Notes: a model not told the origin generated them from the sequence alone. 63,750 nucleotides of DNA, filler included, from Octopus bimaculoides (GCF_001194135.2; 4 parts of 4 records of this genome joined end to end with filler, not necessarily neighbours in it); one strand, 5' to 3'; positions 12,566 through 24,853 are shown, counted from the whole stretch's first letter. Program-made: numbers and translations.

Positions 12566-13321
12566 CTGCTACTACCTTCCTTACAAGCCTTCACAAAGGA
12601 AAAGAGAGACAGACAGAAAAAAAAAGGAAATTGTCCTACCTATTTGAAGACTATGGAAATATTTACTAAAAATTTCCTTTAATTGTTTTTCTTCAGTTTA
12701 ATTGTTTTTCTTCTCAATTAATATCTAATTTTGTTTTACTCTTAGTTGAAAAATCAAAAAGTCAGAAACCGGTACTCTTACAAAATGTATTTCATGATAA
12801 AATTATTTTATCATTTTCTACCTTGTTTTATTTCCCTTGTGTGTGTGTGTGTGTATGCATGTATGTATGCATGCATGTGCATGTGCAGAGAAATATACAG
12901 AGGCACATGTCAGAGCACCTCTTCCAAATAAGTTTTCACTTCTCTTTTATAATTATTAAAACCTTTTTTTAATTTTTACATTTTGAATTCATTTAAAACC
13001 AGTTTGTAATGTTAAAACCTAAAATTCTATTTCTAAGGGGAAAAAAAGGATAAACTTTCTTTAATTAGCTGGAGAAACCTCCCTATTACTATTAAAAACC
13101 AAACCTATAATTTATTTTCTATTAAAACATGCAATCTATGTGATTACATCTGAAATAACGGATTACAGTTTGTTTGTTTTTGTCATTTTTGCAAGCAAAT
13201 ACCACCTCTTCCCCCCATTTTTGTAATTTAGATTTTTTTGTAGTTTCCCTTATTTTTATTTTTATTTGTTCATGACATACCTATGTATGTATGCATGTAT
13301 ATGTATATATATATACATATG

Positions 13322-13359
<38 letters not shown>

Positions 13360-13472
13360 TGTATGTATGTGTGTGTGTATACATATATATGCTTGTATAT
13401 ATATATAAATTTATCACATTCAATTAATCTTAAGCATATATATAAATATATCTACACACACATACATATATT

Positions 13473-13540
<68 letters not shown>

Positions 13541-13949
13541 NNNNNNNNNNNNNNNNNNNNNNNNNNNNNNNNNNNNNNNNNNNNNNNNNNNNNNNNNNNN
13601 NNNNNNNNNNNNNNNNNNNNNNNNNNNNNNNNNNNNNNNNNNNNNNNNNNNNNNNNNNNNNNNNNNNNNNNNNNNNNNNNNNNNNNNNNNNNNNNNNNNN
13701 NNNNNNNNNNNNNNNNNNNNNNNNNNNNNNNNNNNNNNNNNNNNNNNNNNNNNNNNNNNNNNNNNNNNNNNNNNNNNNNNNNNNNNNNNNNNNNNNNNNN
13801 NNNNNNNNNNNNNNNNNNNNNNNNNNNNNNNNNNNNNNNNNNNNNNNNNNNNNNNNNNNNNNATTTTGTTAAACTATGAACCACCATTACATTAGAATAC
13901 TGAAATATCAAATAAACTCATGGCCGACAAAATGTACACACCATCTTAC

Positions 13950-13958
13950 ATAACTTGT
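13950..13958 (-). CDS. Candidate 9-nt microexon (acaagttat)
   Basis: Acceptor tctccttcattagtggtttcag, donor TAT|gtaaga, frame-preserving length. Based on splice motifs only. Confidence 0.25.
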
Positions 13959-14464
13959 CTGAAACCACTAATGAAGGAGACTGGCAATTTTATTAAGTGA
14001 TAGTAATGAGCACATTTTGTGATAAACGAAAGAAACAATGATTTGAATTTTGGATTTATAGCTAACAAATGCCTGTCTGCCAATATGCTAATTCAACATT
14101 TTGGAAGAGAAACTGTTCATATTAATTAAAAATACATTATATAGGAAAGTAAATTGTACTTTCTGGAAGAATTTGATTAGTAAATTATGAAAGATTAAAA
14201 ATTTCCAGTAAAATATTTATACAATTTGAAAAAATCAAATGAATAAAAAAAAATATACTTGTATGAAGCAGACAGCAGTATTTTCAATACTTCTTTCGTA
14301 ACTGAATTATTAAGTAGAAGATAAATTAGAACATCGTGAATATGATAAATATGGAAAAAAAAAAAAAGCAGTTAAAAACACATTACAATTAGATATAGAC
14401 AAAAGAACAGCACCTCCTTACATCACAAAAACCATTATTTGAATTCAAAGATCATAAAACTCAC

Positions 14465-14544
14465 ATCCATCTTATAAAATCCATCAACACTAGTATTGTC
14501 AAAGCCAAATTAGACAAAAATATATCAAAATCCTCAGCTTGGAT
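14465..14544 (-). CDS. Candidate 80-nt exon (IQAEDFDIFLSNLALTILVLMDFIRW)
   Basis: Acceptor tgttctgtagtttaattcag, donor GAT|gtgagt. Only one frame is open, and its phase-0 start fits the 16122-16166 exon. Confidence 0.35.
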
Positions 14545-15469
14545 CTGAATTAAACTACAGAACAATATTCACATAGTTATAAAATGTTTCAAACCTACTA
14601 AAAGAAATATATTTTTCTTCTTTAGTTTAGTGAGGATTTTGCTAATTTATATGATTATATATTCAAGACTATTACCTCTCAATCTCTCAAACATTTATCA
14701 TTGAATCTATGAGTAACCCAACGACTAGTAACTGCAATTCTAAAAACTGAAGTAACTATCTTCTAGATGATAACTGTTTAGTTGAATATGTATTTTATTA
14801 ACGCAGTTACTTACAAATAAATACACCAAGTGTGTATATGTGGCTAGCTTTCAATACTTTTACACTTTGTTTCAATCAACACAGGTATATATTTAGAAAC
14901 AAATATAAACTTCACTTTCTAAATATATTTAAAATTTGGAAAATGATGAAACAACATGGAATAAGTTTCGAAGAGCAAAGTCATATAAAGCAAAGACAAA
15001 AATCATGAAGTTTATGCACAACCAAAGCTATATATATATATATATCCTTTGCAATTATTGTTACATGAATAATAAATTTCAATACATCTGCACACGAGTT
15101 TTATATGTGTGTTTATATGAGTGCAAGAGTATGTGAAGAAGTTTGACAAGGTATACTTATCCCTCTACTCAAATTATATTTCACCACCTTTTCATGATTA
15201 TTAAATCCTTAGGTTTGTTTTTGTATTTTAAATTATTCTTTAAAATATTGTTCTCTTAAAATCACTTGGAAATTTTTAAAACCCCATATCTTATTTCTTG
15301 GGGAAGAAAATATGGAATTAACTTGCTGAAGAAATGTTTCCAATGTTTACTTTCAATCATAACATTTTCAATGATTATATCTAAAAATAAACTACTAGAT
15401 CTTTTCAAATATCTAAGTCTTCCTGTTTCTGTGATAAAATTGCTCTGACATTTTCGCTTACTTCACCTC

Positions 15470-15692
15470 CTCCTCATCATCATAGGCTGACATCTGCTTT
15501 CCATACTGACATGGGTTGGACGGTTTGACTGAGGACTGGTAAGCCAGAAGGCTGCACCAGGCTCCAGTCTGATCTGGCAAAGTTTCTACAGTTGGATGCC
15601 CTTCCTAATGCCAAAGTGGGTGCTTTTTACATGCCACCAGCACGAGGGCCAGTCAGGCGGTGCTGGCAACGACCACGCTCAAAATGGTGTAT
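15470..15692 (-). mobile_element. RTE-type 3' UTR fragment
   Basis: ctgctttccatactgacatgggttggacggtttgactgaggactgg...ggatgcccttcctaatgccaa is the same family as 8700-9195. Confidence 0.7.
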
Positions 15693-15769
15693 TTTAGAAA
15701 AAGAAAGAACACCGATATATGGGAAAACATTCACACCTGCATATATAGGAATATATACACATCTATATA

Positions 15770-16040
15770 AATGAATATATACACACGTATAAAGAGGAAT
15801 TATATAGATACACACCTATATATATATAAAAATATATGCACACCTATATATATGTAAGAATATATACACACCTCTATATGTAAGAATATATACACACCTA
15901 TGTAAGAATATATACATACCTAGATGTGTATATTTAAGAATATATAAACATCTATTTATGTAAGAATATATACACACCTATATATGTACAAATATATACA
16001 CATCTATATATGTAAGAATATATACACACCTATATAAGAA
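15770..16040. repeat. Degenerate AT-rich minisatellite, roughly 26-bp unit tatatgtaagaatatatacacaccta
   Basis: About ten imperfect units visible. Confidence 0.8.
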
Positions 16041-16121
16041 CTTATGTCCACCTACAGAGGAATAGTTAAATTTGCAATGTTTGTATGTCTCTGATGTAGG
16101 CTTCCATGTATCATATCATAC

Positions 16122-16166
16122 CTTGATGTTGTCTGGTCTGAGATCCTCATTGATTGGCTGCTGCTG
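16122..16166 (-). CDS. Candidate 45-nt exon (QQQPINEDLRPDNIK) with tandem NAGNAG acceptors
   Basis: cactttattttaatag|cagcagcagccaatcaatgaggatctcagaccagacaacatcaag|gtatga: good acceptor and donor, 15 codons, GC-richer than its flanks. Confidence 0.5.
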
Positions 16167-16385
16167 CTATTAAAATAAAGTGTTAAACATTTACGGTATG
16201 TAAATTAGTATGTAAATTGTTGTGTATATAAATAGACTGGCTGTTTATTTATCATTGGTTGGGCATGTCAGGGAGTGCATATAGGAAACAAAACAAAACA
16301 GAAACATTGTTTATAAGATATTATGTCATGCCATTTTCCACAGGTTTCATTCACAAAGGGAGATTATTGATTATAGAATATAAAT

Positions 16386-16588
16386 TATGTAATCAAATTG
16401 CCTTGTCAAATCTTCAGAGATGCATAACTTCAATTTGGTTTGTTACGGAATAAATTGAAAGTATTGCCATTACTGATAAGCAAACAGCTTAGGATTGCTT
16501 ACCCACTGTTGACAGCACTGTCGCTAATCCAGTAACGTTATCAATGAAAGTTATCTCTGAAGATTTGACAATACAATTGAATTATATA
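16386..16588. other. Long imperfect inverted repeat (MITE-like or RNA hairpin)
   Basis: Perfect 19-bp arms ttgtcaaatcttcagagat (16403-16421) and atctctgaagatttgacaa (16553-16571), with degenerate pairing extending on both sides. Confidence 0.75.
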
Positions 16589-16675
16589 ACTTTCATTCTG
16601 TATAATTAATTCATAATCCTTCTTTGTTAATGAAACATGTACAAGACAGTGTAAGTAAATATTTTATAAACACAC

Positions 16676-16748
<73 letters not shown>

Positions 16749-17004
16749 GAATATGTGGGGTTTAGTTCACTGGTGATCTAAACAAATGGGTTCACTGAGT
16801 AAGTGCTATAATTGGTCATCCATTTGGTTCCAAGTTCACACCTGAGGCTGGAACTAGGGATCCGTATTAGGCTTCCAAGTTAGCAGGTGTGTATTATATT
16901 AAAGGAAAAAGGACAACAAAAAACAAGGCAGAACGAGTATCTCAAGTCAGAATATTTAATTAGGGTAAGGTAACTTAAAATTCACCTTACCTTGATTGAA
17001 TATA

Positions 17005-17038
<34 letters not shown>

Positions 17039-17209
17039 CGACAAGAAATAATATTTGTCTCTTTTTATGGAAACAAAAGGGTTTATAGGACTGCAAAAAA
17101 GAAGAACTCAAATGTAATTGAGACAAAGATATAGAAACATTGATCATAGAACAAACATCAAATTTGAGTCAATGACTTTATATATAACACCGTACCTCAA
17201 ACATTTAAT

Positions 17210-17520
17210 CACATACTCGTACAGTGTCCCACCATTTCCGAGCTGTGGGCTTATGTCGAACAACTGCTATCGCGTGTGGGACGAGTCGGTCTATCAGCCG
17301 AGTCTATCGTGAATATTGTCGCGCCTCCTTCCTTTAAACGGGAAGGAAGAGCTATTTTCATCGTACTTGTGGCTATGGCGAAAGAATGTGTATGGTGGAC
17401 GCGTCTGAAAGAGACAAAGACTTTCCTCTCTGGGAAATCTCTCATCAACTTCTTCAAGTATCACCTGAAGAGGAAGGTGAGAGTAGAAAGGGAAGTCTTG
17501 TCTAGTGAATGCTTCAAAAA
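17210..17520 (+). mobile_element. Tx1/L1-like LINE ORF2 C-terminal fragment (zf-RVT region)
   Basis: In-frame HILVQCPTISELWAYVEQLLSRVGRVGLSAESIVN...AMAKECVWWTR; CpG-rich; runs into an N gap. Confidence 0.6.
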
Positions 17521-18066
17521 NNNNNNNNNNNNNNNNNNNNNNNNNNNNNNNNNNNNNNNNNNNNNNNNNNNNNNNNNNNNNNNNNNNNNNNNNNNNNNNN
17601 NNNNNNNNNNNNNNNNNNNNNNNNNNNNNNNNNNNNNNNNNNNNNNNNNNNNNNNNNNNNNNNNNNNNNNNNNNNNNNNNNNNNNNNNNNNNNNNNNNNN
17701 NNNNNNNNNNNNNNNNNNNNNNNNNNNNNNNNNNNNNNNNNNNNNNNNNNNNNNNNNNNNNNNNNNNNNNNNNNNNNNNNNNNNNNNNNNNNNNNNNNNN
17801 NNNNNNNNNNNNNNNNNNNNNNNNNNNNNNNNNNNNNNNNNNNNNNNNNNNNNNNNNNNNNNNNNNNNNNNNNNNNNNNNNNNNNNNNNNNNNNNNNNNN
17901 NNNNNNNNNNNNNNNNNNNNNNNNNNNNNNNNNNNNNNNNNNNNNNNNNNNNNNNNNNNNNNNNNNNNNNNNNNNNNNNNNNNNNNNNNNNNNNNNNNNN
18001 NNNNNNNNNNNNNNNNNNNNNNNNNNNNNNNNNNNNNNNNNNNNNNNNNNNNNNNNNNNNNNNNNN

Positions 18067-18099
<33 letters not shown>

Positions 18100-18255
18100 T
18101 TCTGCTCACAAATGGGAGTGAGCACACTCAATACAAGTAACAGAGTATGTTTGTTCTTTTGAAATTAACTATTCACTCTGAGTTTCTTGCTATTGTACAT
18201 TCTGTCATGAGATGAATTTGTCTCCTTGTCACCGAAACAAATGAAGATACACACA

Positions 18256-18309
<54 letters not shown>

Positions 18310-18930
18310 TGCATACATACACACAAACATATGTATATATACATACACATGCTTATAAAGAACTAATATTTATGTGATTGCATATCTGAATATATATGTA
18401 AGTCAATGTGTATATATATAGAGTGTGTACATATGTATATATGTATGTATGTTTGTGTGTGTGTGTGTGTGTGGACATATATGTAAGCATGTATAGTTAG
18501 AAGTTCATACAAATACATGAATATGTGAAGATGAGCTGATTTGTAAGTATTCATATGTGTTTGTGTGAGAATGCGACCAAGTATATATGTCTACTTCTGT
18601 GCATCTGTGTGTTGGTGTGTGTGTGTGTGTCCTGGTGCAAATGCACATATATAAGTGCATGTGTTTGCTTGTGTGAATGTGTACATCTATTGATATAAAT
18701 GTGACAAATGCACTTGTGTCAGCTTGGTGAAAAACATGTATGTATAAATCTATGCATGTATGTTTGTATGTAAAATCTATTTGAGCGAATGTGGATGGGA
18801 GGTATCTAATATAGACATATAACTGCAAAATCCTTATATAAGTTGGTGTAAGTATATGTTTATGCAAATAGATGTGTATATATAAATGTGTGTGTGTGCA
18901 TTTATGTATATGCACATATATATGTATGTA

Positions 18931-18973
<43 letters not shown>

Positions 18974-19511
18974 NNNNNNNNNNNNNNNNNNNNNNNNNNN
19001 NNNNNNNNNNNNNNNNNNNNNNNNNNNNNNNNNNNNNNNNNNNNNNNNNNNNNNNNNNNNNNNNNNNNNNNNNNNNNNNNNNNNNNNNNNNNNNNNNNNN
19101 NNNNNNNNNNNNNATATACAAACACATGCATACACACATATATATATGCATGTGTGTGTGCATATGTGCACATACATGCTCAAACATACACATACTGACA
19201 TGAAAATGCTCAAGTTTATATGTATGGGTGTGTGTGCATGTGTCCATGTGTGTATGTGTGTGTATATATATACATATATATGTGTTTATATATANNNNNN
19301 NNNNATATATGCACATATATATACATATATATGTATATGTATGTATGTATGTATGTATGTGTATAATTCTATACTTGACAAAAAAATAAATATCAATTTT
19401 TACTTTGGGAGTAAAAGAGAAACCACTTCAAGACTTCGAAATGGTAATGCAATCCATTCAACCTGATTTCAAAGATATCAGAGAATATAAGGAAAGTAAA
19501 AACAAAAAAAA

Positions 19512-19568
<57 letters not shown>

Positions 19569-19578
19569 NNNNNNNNNN

Positions 19579-19613
<35 letters not shown>

Positions 19614-19624
19614 TGATGATGATG

Positions 19625-19685
<61 letters not shown>

Positions 19686-20353
19686 TAATAATAATAACCA
19701 CAATGACAATAACAACAACAAATAGGAAAGAAAATGCTTTCCTCAACATCTTGGCTCTAAATGGCTTGTTTTTCTTCTGTTTATTCTATGCAAAAAATTT
19801 TCAGAAAAATAAAATAAATTTTTGAAAATAAAAAAAAAGGGAAAATCTTGATGGTAAAAAAAAAAGAAAGAAAGAAAAAACGAAAGGGAAAAAGAGAAAA
19901 AATAAGAATTTTTAAGAGTCAGTAACAGCATTTCCCTAGTAAATTTTAGCTTAGATTTTGACCTGATAAAGAACTTGATAAATAATTCTAATAAAAATGC
20001 ATAAAATACCAAAATATTCTTTGGCTTGTATGTTGGTTTGCTTGTGATTTTGGTTCTTTTCTCTTTTCTTTTCTTTTCTTTTTTTTCTCTTTTCTTTTCT
20101 TTTTGCAAAACAAAAATGAAAAATTACTAAGATTTGATATAATCACTGAATGATAACGATTATTATTAGAAACAAACTGATCTCGCCATTAGGTATCATC
20201 ATTATCATCATCATCGTTGTTGCATTCCACTGCATCCTCATCATCATTGTCACCATCATCGTTGTCAGCATCATCACCATCATCATCATCATCATCATGA
20301 CTTTGTACTGTCATCAGCATCCCTGGACCCTGTGACCAACAAAAGAAAATCAC

Positions 20354-20410
<57 letters not shown>

Positions 20411-20419
20411 CATTCTCAT

Positions 20420-20640
20420 TGGAGGTGATGAGCTAGCAGAATCATTAGTGCATCAGACGAATGTTTAACAGCACTTGTTCTAACTCATTACATTCTGAGT
20501 TCAAATCTCAGCAAGATCAATTTTGATTTCCATCCTCTCAAGATCCATAAAATAAGTACCAGTTGAGTACTGGGGTCAAAGTAATAATCTAAACCCCTTC
20601 TTCCCAAAATTGCTGGCCTTGTGCCAAAATTTGAAACCCT
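20420..20640 (+). mobile_element. Old copy of the aaggcggcgagctgg SINE between (ATT)n tracts
   Basis: gaggtgatgagctagcagaa...ttctgagttcaaat...aaataagtaccagttgagtactggggtc...ggccttgtgccaaaatttgaaacc. Confidence 0.75.
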
Positions 20641-20664
20641 TGTTATTATTACTATTATTATTAT

Positions 20665-21300
20665 TTACTTTTAATCTACATGTTTGTTACAATCACTCGC
20701 CGAAACACACCCAGCGTCCTGGGGCAAGTGAAGGATAAGAAATGTTACAGTATGACTGAAAGCTTGGGGAGGGGCTGTAGCAAAATATCTTCATGTAATA
20801 CAACGCAGACATTTAAATGGATAGGGTTTTTCTAAGGATGTGGGCAGTACTTGTCAGCACAATCTTTTGGATTTCTCTGAAACATGGTTCTCCTGGGATC
20901 TTATTTAGATGTTTCTGACGTCCCTTTTTTATCATATCTAGGGTACCCACAATAACAGGAACAGTTCTTGCGTTAGGATGCCACATCTTCTGCATTTCAA
21001 TTTCCAGGTCCTTATAGTTACTTAGTTTGTCAAATTCCTTGACAGATATATTTTCCTCAGTAGGAACACTTACATCTATTAGTCTACAAGTATTTTCTTC
21101 CCTGTCTTTAATGACTATGTCTGGTCAATCATCCTGGATCATTCTGTCAGTGTTAACTGGAAAATCCCAGAGGATAGTGACATTTTTACCTTCAACGACT
21201 GGCTCAGGATGATGTTAATACCAGTAAGCAGGAGTGCTGATTTTGTAGCGTTTACATATTTCCCAATGTAAATACTGTCCTACCCTACTGCAACGATTTT
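20665..21300 (-). mobile_element. R4/Dong-like LINE 3' fragment (restriction-like endonuclease domain)
   Basis: RHD/PD-D-K region through KYKDLEIEMQKMW...TAHILRKTLSI*; (TTA)n-type tracts at both ends. Confidence 0.8.
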
Positions 21301-21329
21301 TGTATTATTATTATTGTTGTTGTTGTTAT

Positions 21330-21760
21330 CTTCTTTCATTTTTTGTTCCATTTCTTGCTGGGTGTCTTTCTGACAGGGCAGAGAAACTCACTATGTACAT
21401 TGGTAGGCCATTAAAATAGACACACTAGATTGCTCATTTACAAAGTCATGTGATAGCAAAAAATAGGGGACGGAGGAAAGAAAATTCACAGTGTCAATGC
21501 CCTCCTCAATATGTGTGACTAGTTACCAGTTAAGACAATCTTTTGCACTTCCTGCATGGAGGGTAAGCTAGGGATCATTCTTAAATAATTTTCAGTTCCC
21601 TTTTTGATCATTCCAAGTACTTCTATAATTACTGGTATCGCAACCATCTTGAGATGCCACATTCTTTTGATTTCAGTCAGCAAAATCTTTATATTTTCTG
21701 AGATTATCAAATTCTTGATAAGCCAAGATTATTATGCACAATTTCTAACGCTGGAGATGT
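21330..21760 (-). mobile_element. R4/Dong-like LINE 3' fragment, another subfamily
   Basis: ORF 21519-21710: EIKRMWHLKMVAIPVIIEVLGMIKKG...EVQKIVLTG. Confidence 0.75.
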
Positions 21761-21774
21761 ACTACGGTGTCAGC

Positions 21775-22312
21775 TGTTCACTACCAGTGAACTAAGGTAA
21801 CACCTCTCATTTTTCGAGCACCATCCAGAGTATTTGAGCAGTTCCAAGCAGTGCTGTTTTCTGCAAGTGCTCCACCCTTATTGCAGCCCCTATTTGTTCC
21901 ACATTCTTCTTGAGATTTTTGCTCACTATTCCCAGGGCTCCATCAATTATTGGTACCACTATCATCTTTTTCATTGACCACAACTGCTTAACCTCCCAAG
22001 CTAACCTGTCATATATCTCAACTTTTCTTTCTTCCTTATCGCATACCTTGTTGTCAGCTGGGCATGCTATATCTATGATCCAGCATAGTTTGCTTTCTTT
22101 CTCAATTAAGACTATGTCTGGCTTCCTATTCTCTATCTCATGGTCGCACTGAATCATAAAATCCCACAGGATCTTTGTATTACCATTTTCGATGATGCCT
22201 TCGGGTTTGTGCTCGTACCACTTTTTTCCTCTGTCAAGTCCATACTTGTTGCAAAGTGTCCAATGGACAAGCCTTGCTATATTGTCATGGCGTCTCTCAT
22301 ATTCCCTCTGAT
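21775..22312 (-). mobile_element. R4/Dong-like LINE 3' fragment
   Basis: ORF 21807-22157: KPDIVLIEKESKLCWIIDIACP...LQKTALLGTAQIL. The 5' truncation abuts (TTA)n at 22312. Confidence 0.8.
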
Positions 22313-22332
22313 TATTATTATTATTATTATTG

Positions 22333-22397
22333 TTCAGTAGTTTTATTTTTATAACGTGCTTTCACTTCACTACCGAGTGCAGCTCTGTGCGCCTTGG

Positions 22398-22401
<4 letters not shown>
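22333..22401 (-). mobile_element. About 69-nt 3'-terminal stub of the 45322/54105 LINE subfamily inside a (TTA)n tract
   Basis: Near identical to 54105-54172; (TTA)n on both sides. Confidence 0.85.
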
Positions 22402-22435
<34 letters not shown>

Positions 22436-22436
22436 T

Positions 22437-22558
22437 TATGTTTGACTTTTGTTTTGCATTTGTACAAGTTGGATCCAAGTCTCACCCAGAGACCTCAAAA
22501 GATAACAAGTTCATGTAGGTGTTATGCCTAGGGTACCATATATTTGTATTTGTACAGT
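22437..22558 (-). mobile_element. 3' end of the LINE subfamily seen at 48335, truncated by a gap
   Basis: tgacttttgttttgcatttgtacaagttggatccaagtctcacccagagacctcaa matches 48340-48400; (TTA)n adjacent. Confidence 0.8.
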
Positions 22559-22658
22559 NNNNNNNNNNNNNNNNNNNNNNNNNNNNNNNNNNNNNNNNNN
22601 NNTTAATTAATTAANNNNNNNNNNNNNNNNNNNNNNNNNNNNNNNNNNNNNNNNNNNN

Positions 22659-22709
<51 letters not shown>

Positions 22710-23439
22710 TGTGTGTGTGTGTGTGTGTGTATACACGCATGCGTTTGTACGCATATAGACACACTTGTAACATGTTAAGCTAGTCACCACCTTTGGTCAG
22801 AGAATGTAGATAATTATTAAGAAGTAAGAGAAATATGAAAAAAAGTGAAAAATAAGTAGGAAATAATACGACAGTATTAATAAAATATAGAAATTATTAA
22901 TGCTAAACATATGAATAATAAAAATAATATAAAGTCAATATAACTTAGATACAGCTGTAATGTACTTCTGTGTATTTTTTTTCTGCGTGAATAATATCAG
23001 AAAATGCAGGTATACAAGTATTACATCGCCGTAAAGTGTTCTGCAAGACAGGATGGGCAGCCCACCTAGTGTAATACATCTGGGCATGTAAAGTTTGGTC
23101 AAAATTGTATAACTGAAGCTTTCGTGTGTGAATAAAACATTTTGGGTGATTTGTCGGTATGCAGCAGGAAACGACATGATGCAGGCATACTTACTGAAGC
23201 GGGGGTACGATAACAGATATAAAACTGCAGCAGGCTTAAAGCTAAGAGGTCAAAAAGTAAAGAGAAATGTCGAAGCTAAAAGCGATGGTGAAAATGAGAT
23301 CTGAAGTACATATGCGTTTAGAGAAGCGCGTGGCATTGTTTTTCAAGAACAAAAATTATTATCCAATGAGAGTGTCGTATGATATTTTTTGTTTTGCTGA
23401 AAACAAGAAAAGACCAAGTGAATAAGTTCAGTGGCTGCA

Positions 23440-24030
23440 TCAATATTTTGTACATCTCTGATGTACAGCGAGAGCATTTGTTGTCGTTGATATACGTCAG
23501 CACAATTTCAGTTACTGACCAGTTGATTTCTAATTAAGAACACCTCTATCTTTTGAATCCCAGATATATTTGGAAAGTATAGATGAGCCACTTTTGAGTT
23601 CATGTCTGAATAAGTAAGTCTGTTGATAAAAGTACACTCTTTGAGTACACGATTTTCAGTAGAGACTTGTGCGCACTATACAACACTTTTCTGAAGGCAT
23701 TTGCCTTTTAATAGGCAAGGATTATTTATGGAGTAGTCACATTGCAGAAGTAAGCTTTGTATGTTTGTGTGTGCCACCTTTTTCTAATTGATCCTTGCTG
23801 AAGACGAAATTAGCACGGCATCGGAAACTCACCAAAAACCATGTAGAATTTATGACAAGCAAGAAAATCCTCATTTATTAGATGTTGAAAAGAACGCGCA
23901 ATATTATAGCTGATATTTAATCTAAATAGATTAGATTATACAATATAGTCATCCTTTTTGGAGTATTCTTGGATTTAAAAGCAATACTACACTCGGTATT
24001 TACGACGGAACCATTTCCACATAAAGCTTC
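23440..24030 (-). mobile_element. Degenerate Penelope-like element, GIY-YIG endonuclease region
   Basis: Broken minus-strand peptides NIARSFQHLINEDFLACHKF, LKGKCLQKSVV, LSKYIWDSKD and KCSRCTSEMYKIL occur in the order expected for a Penelope C-terminus. Confidence 0.55.
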
Positions 24031-24651
24031 ATTTTAGTACTTCACAGTACAGTTAAATTGCTCTTCTTCGGAAGATACACTGGAAATCCTTCATCACATT
24101 CATTGCTTCAATATCTGTTTGCAGAGTTTTGTGTATTCGTGTGTGCTTGCATGCGTGCGCACAAGTACTTGTATTAACGTATGGTTCTACATGCCTATGG
24201 CTTAAGTTGTGTGCTAGCATATATACTTCAGTTTGCGATTGTGTATGTATTGGTGTGTGTGTGTGTATAAGTATAGGCGTCTTATTAGTTTTACCATTTT
24301 CTTGCATCAGACAATGTGCATGTGTATATATAACTGTATGTGAATATGAATATGTGTTTGTGCGTGTCTATAAGTAAGCAAAATTTCGTTTTCGTATTGA
24401 TATTTATCAATCAGTGAGTGGATTTTTAATATTACAATTATCACGTGAAAATTAGTGTTTTCTTTCCGAAGTCTTCCAGAATGTTTAGTACTTTGCTATA
24501 TATATATATATATATATACATATATATGGGATGTTTTAAATTCTGTTTAGTTTGATAGATGCTTTGAGACGAAACTTTAGGCCCTTAAGCCACTCCTATA
24601 ATTTCTCAGCTAATGCATTTACATAAATATACACACATTCATATACATACA

Positions 24652-24683
<32 letters not shown>

Positions 24684-24853
24684 CATACATATATATATGT
24701 ATGGATACATAAAAACGCGTATATGTGAGAGTTCTGTGTATGTGTGAGAGATACAACGTCGGTTTTATAATTTTTGGTGTAAATGTTTGCATTTATCATT
24801 GTAAATGTTTATATGTCTTAAAAAGAAGAAAACAGTTTTCAATAAAATATGTT

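Noticed and set aside
16503-16556. Apparent 54-nt minus-strand exon (ITFIDNVTGLATVLSTV)
   Set aside because: Its acceptor is one arm of the inverted repeat, and its phase-1 end gives a stop when joined to the 16122-16166 exon.
19405-19500. Coding-looking stretch (GVKEKPLQDFEMVMQSIQPDFKDIREYKE on plus; VEWIALPFRSLEVV on minus)
   Set aside because: Open in several frames on both strands with weak donors, so I cannot choose a reading. Left unannotated.
22603-22614. TTAATTAATTAA between N runs (also 38240-38251 and 57382-57393)
   Set aside because: Scaffolding linker with stops in all frames; an artefact.
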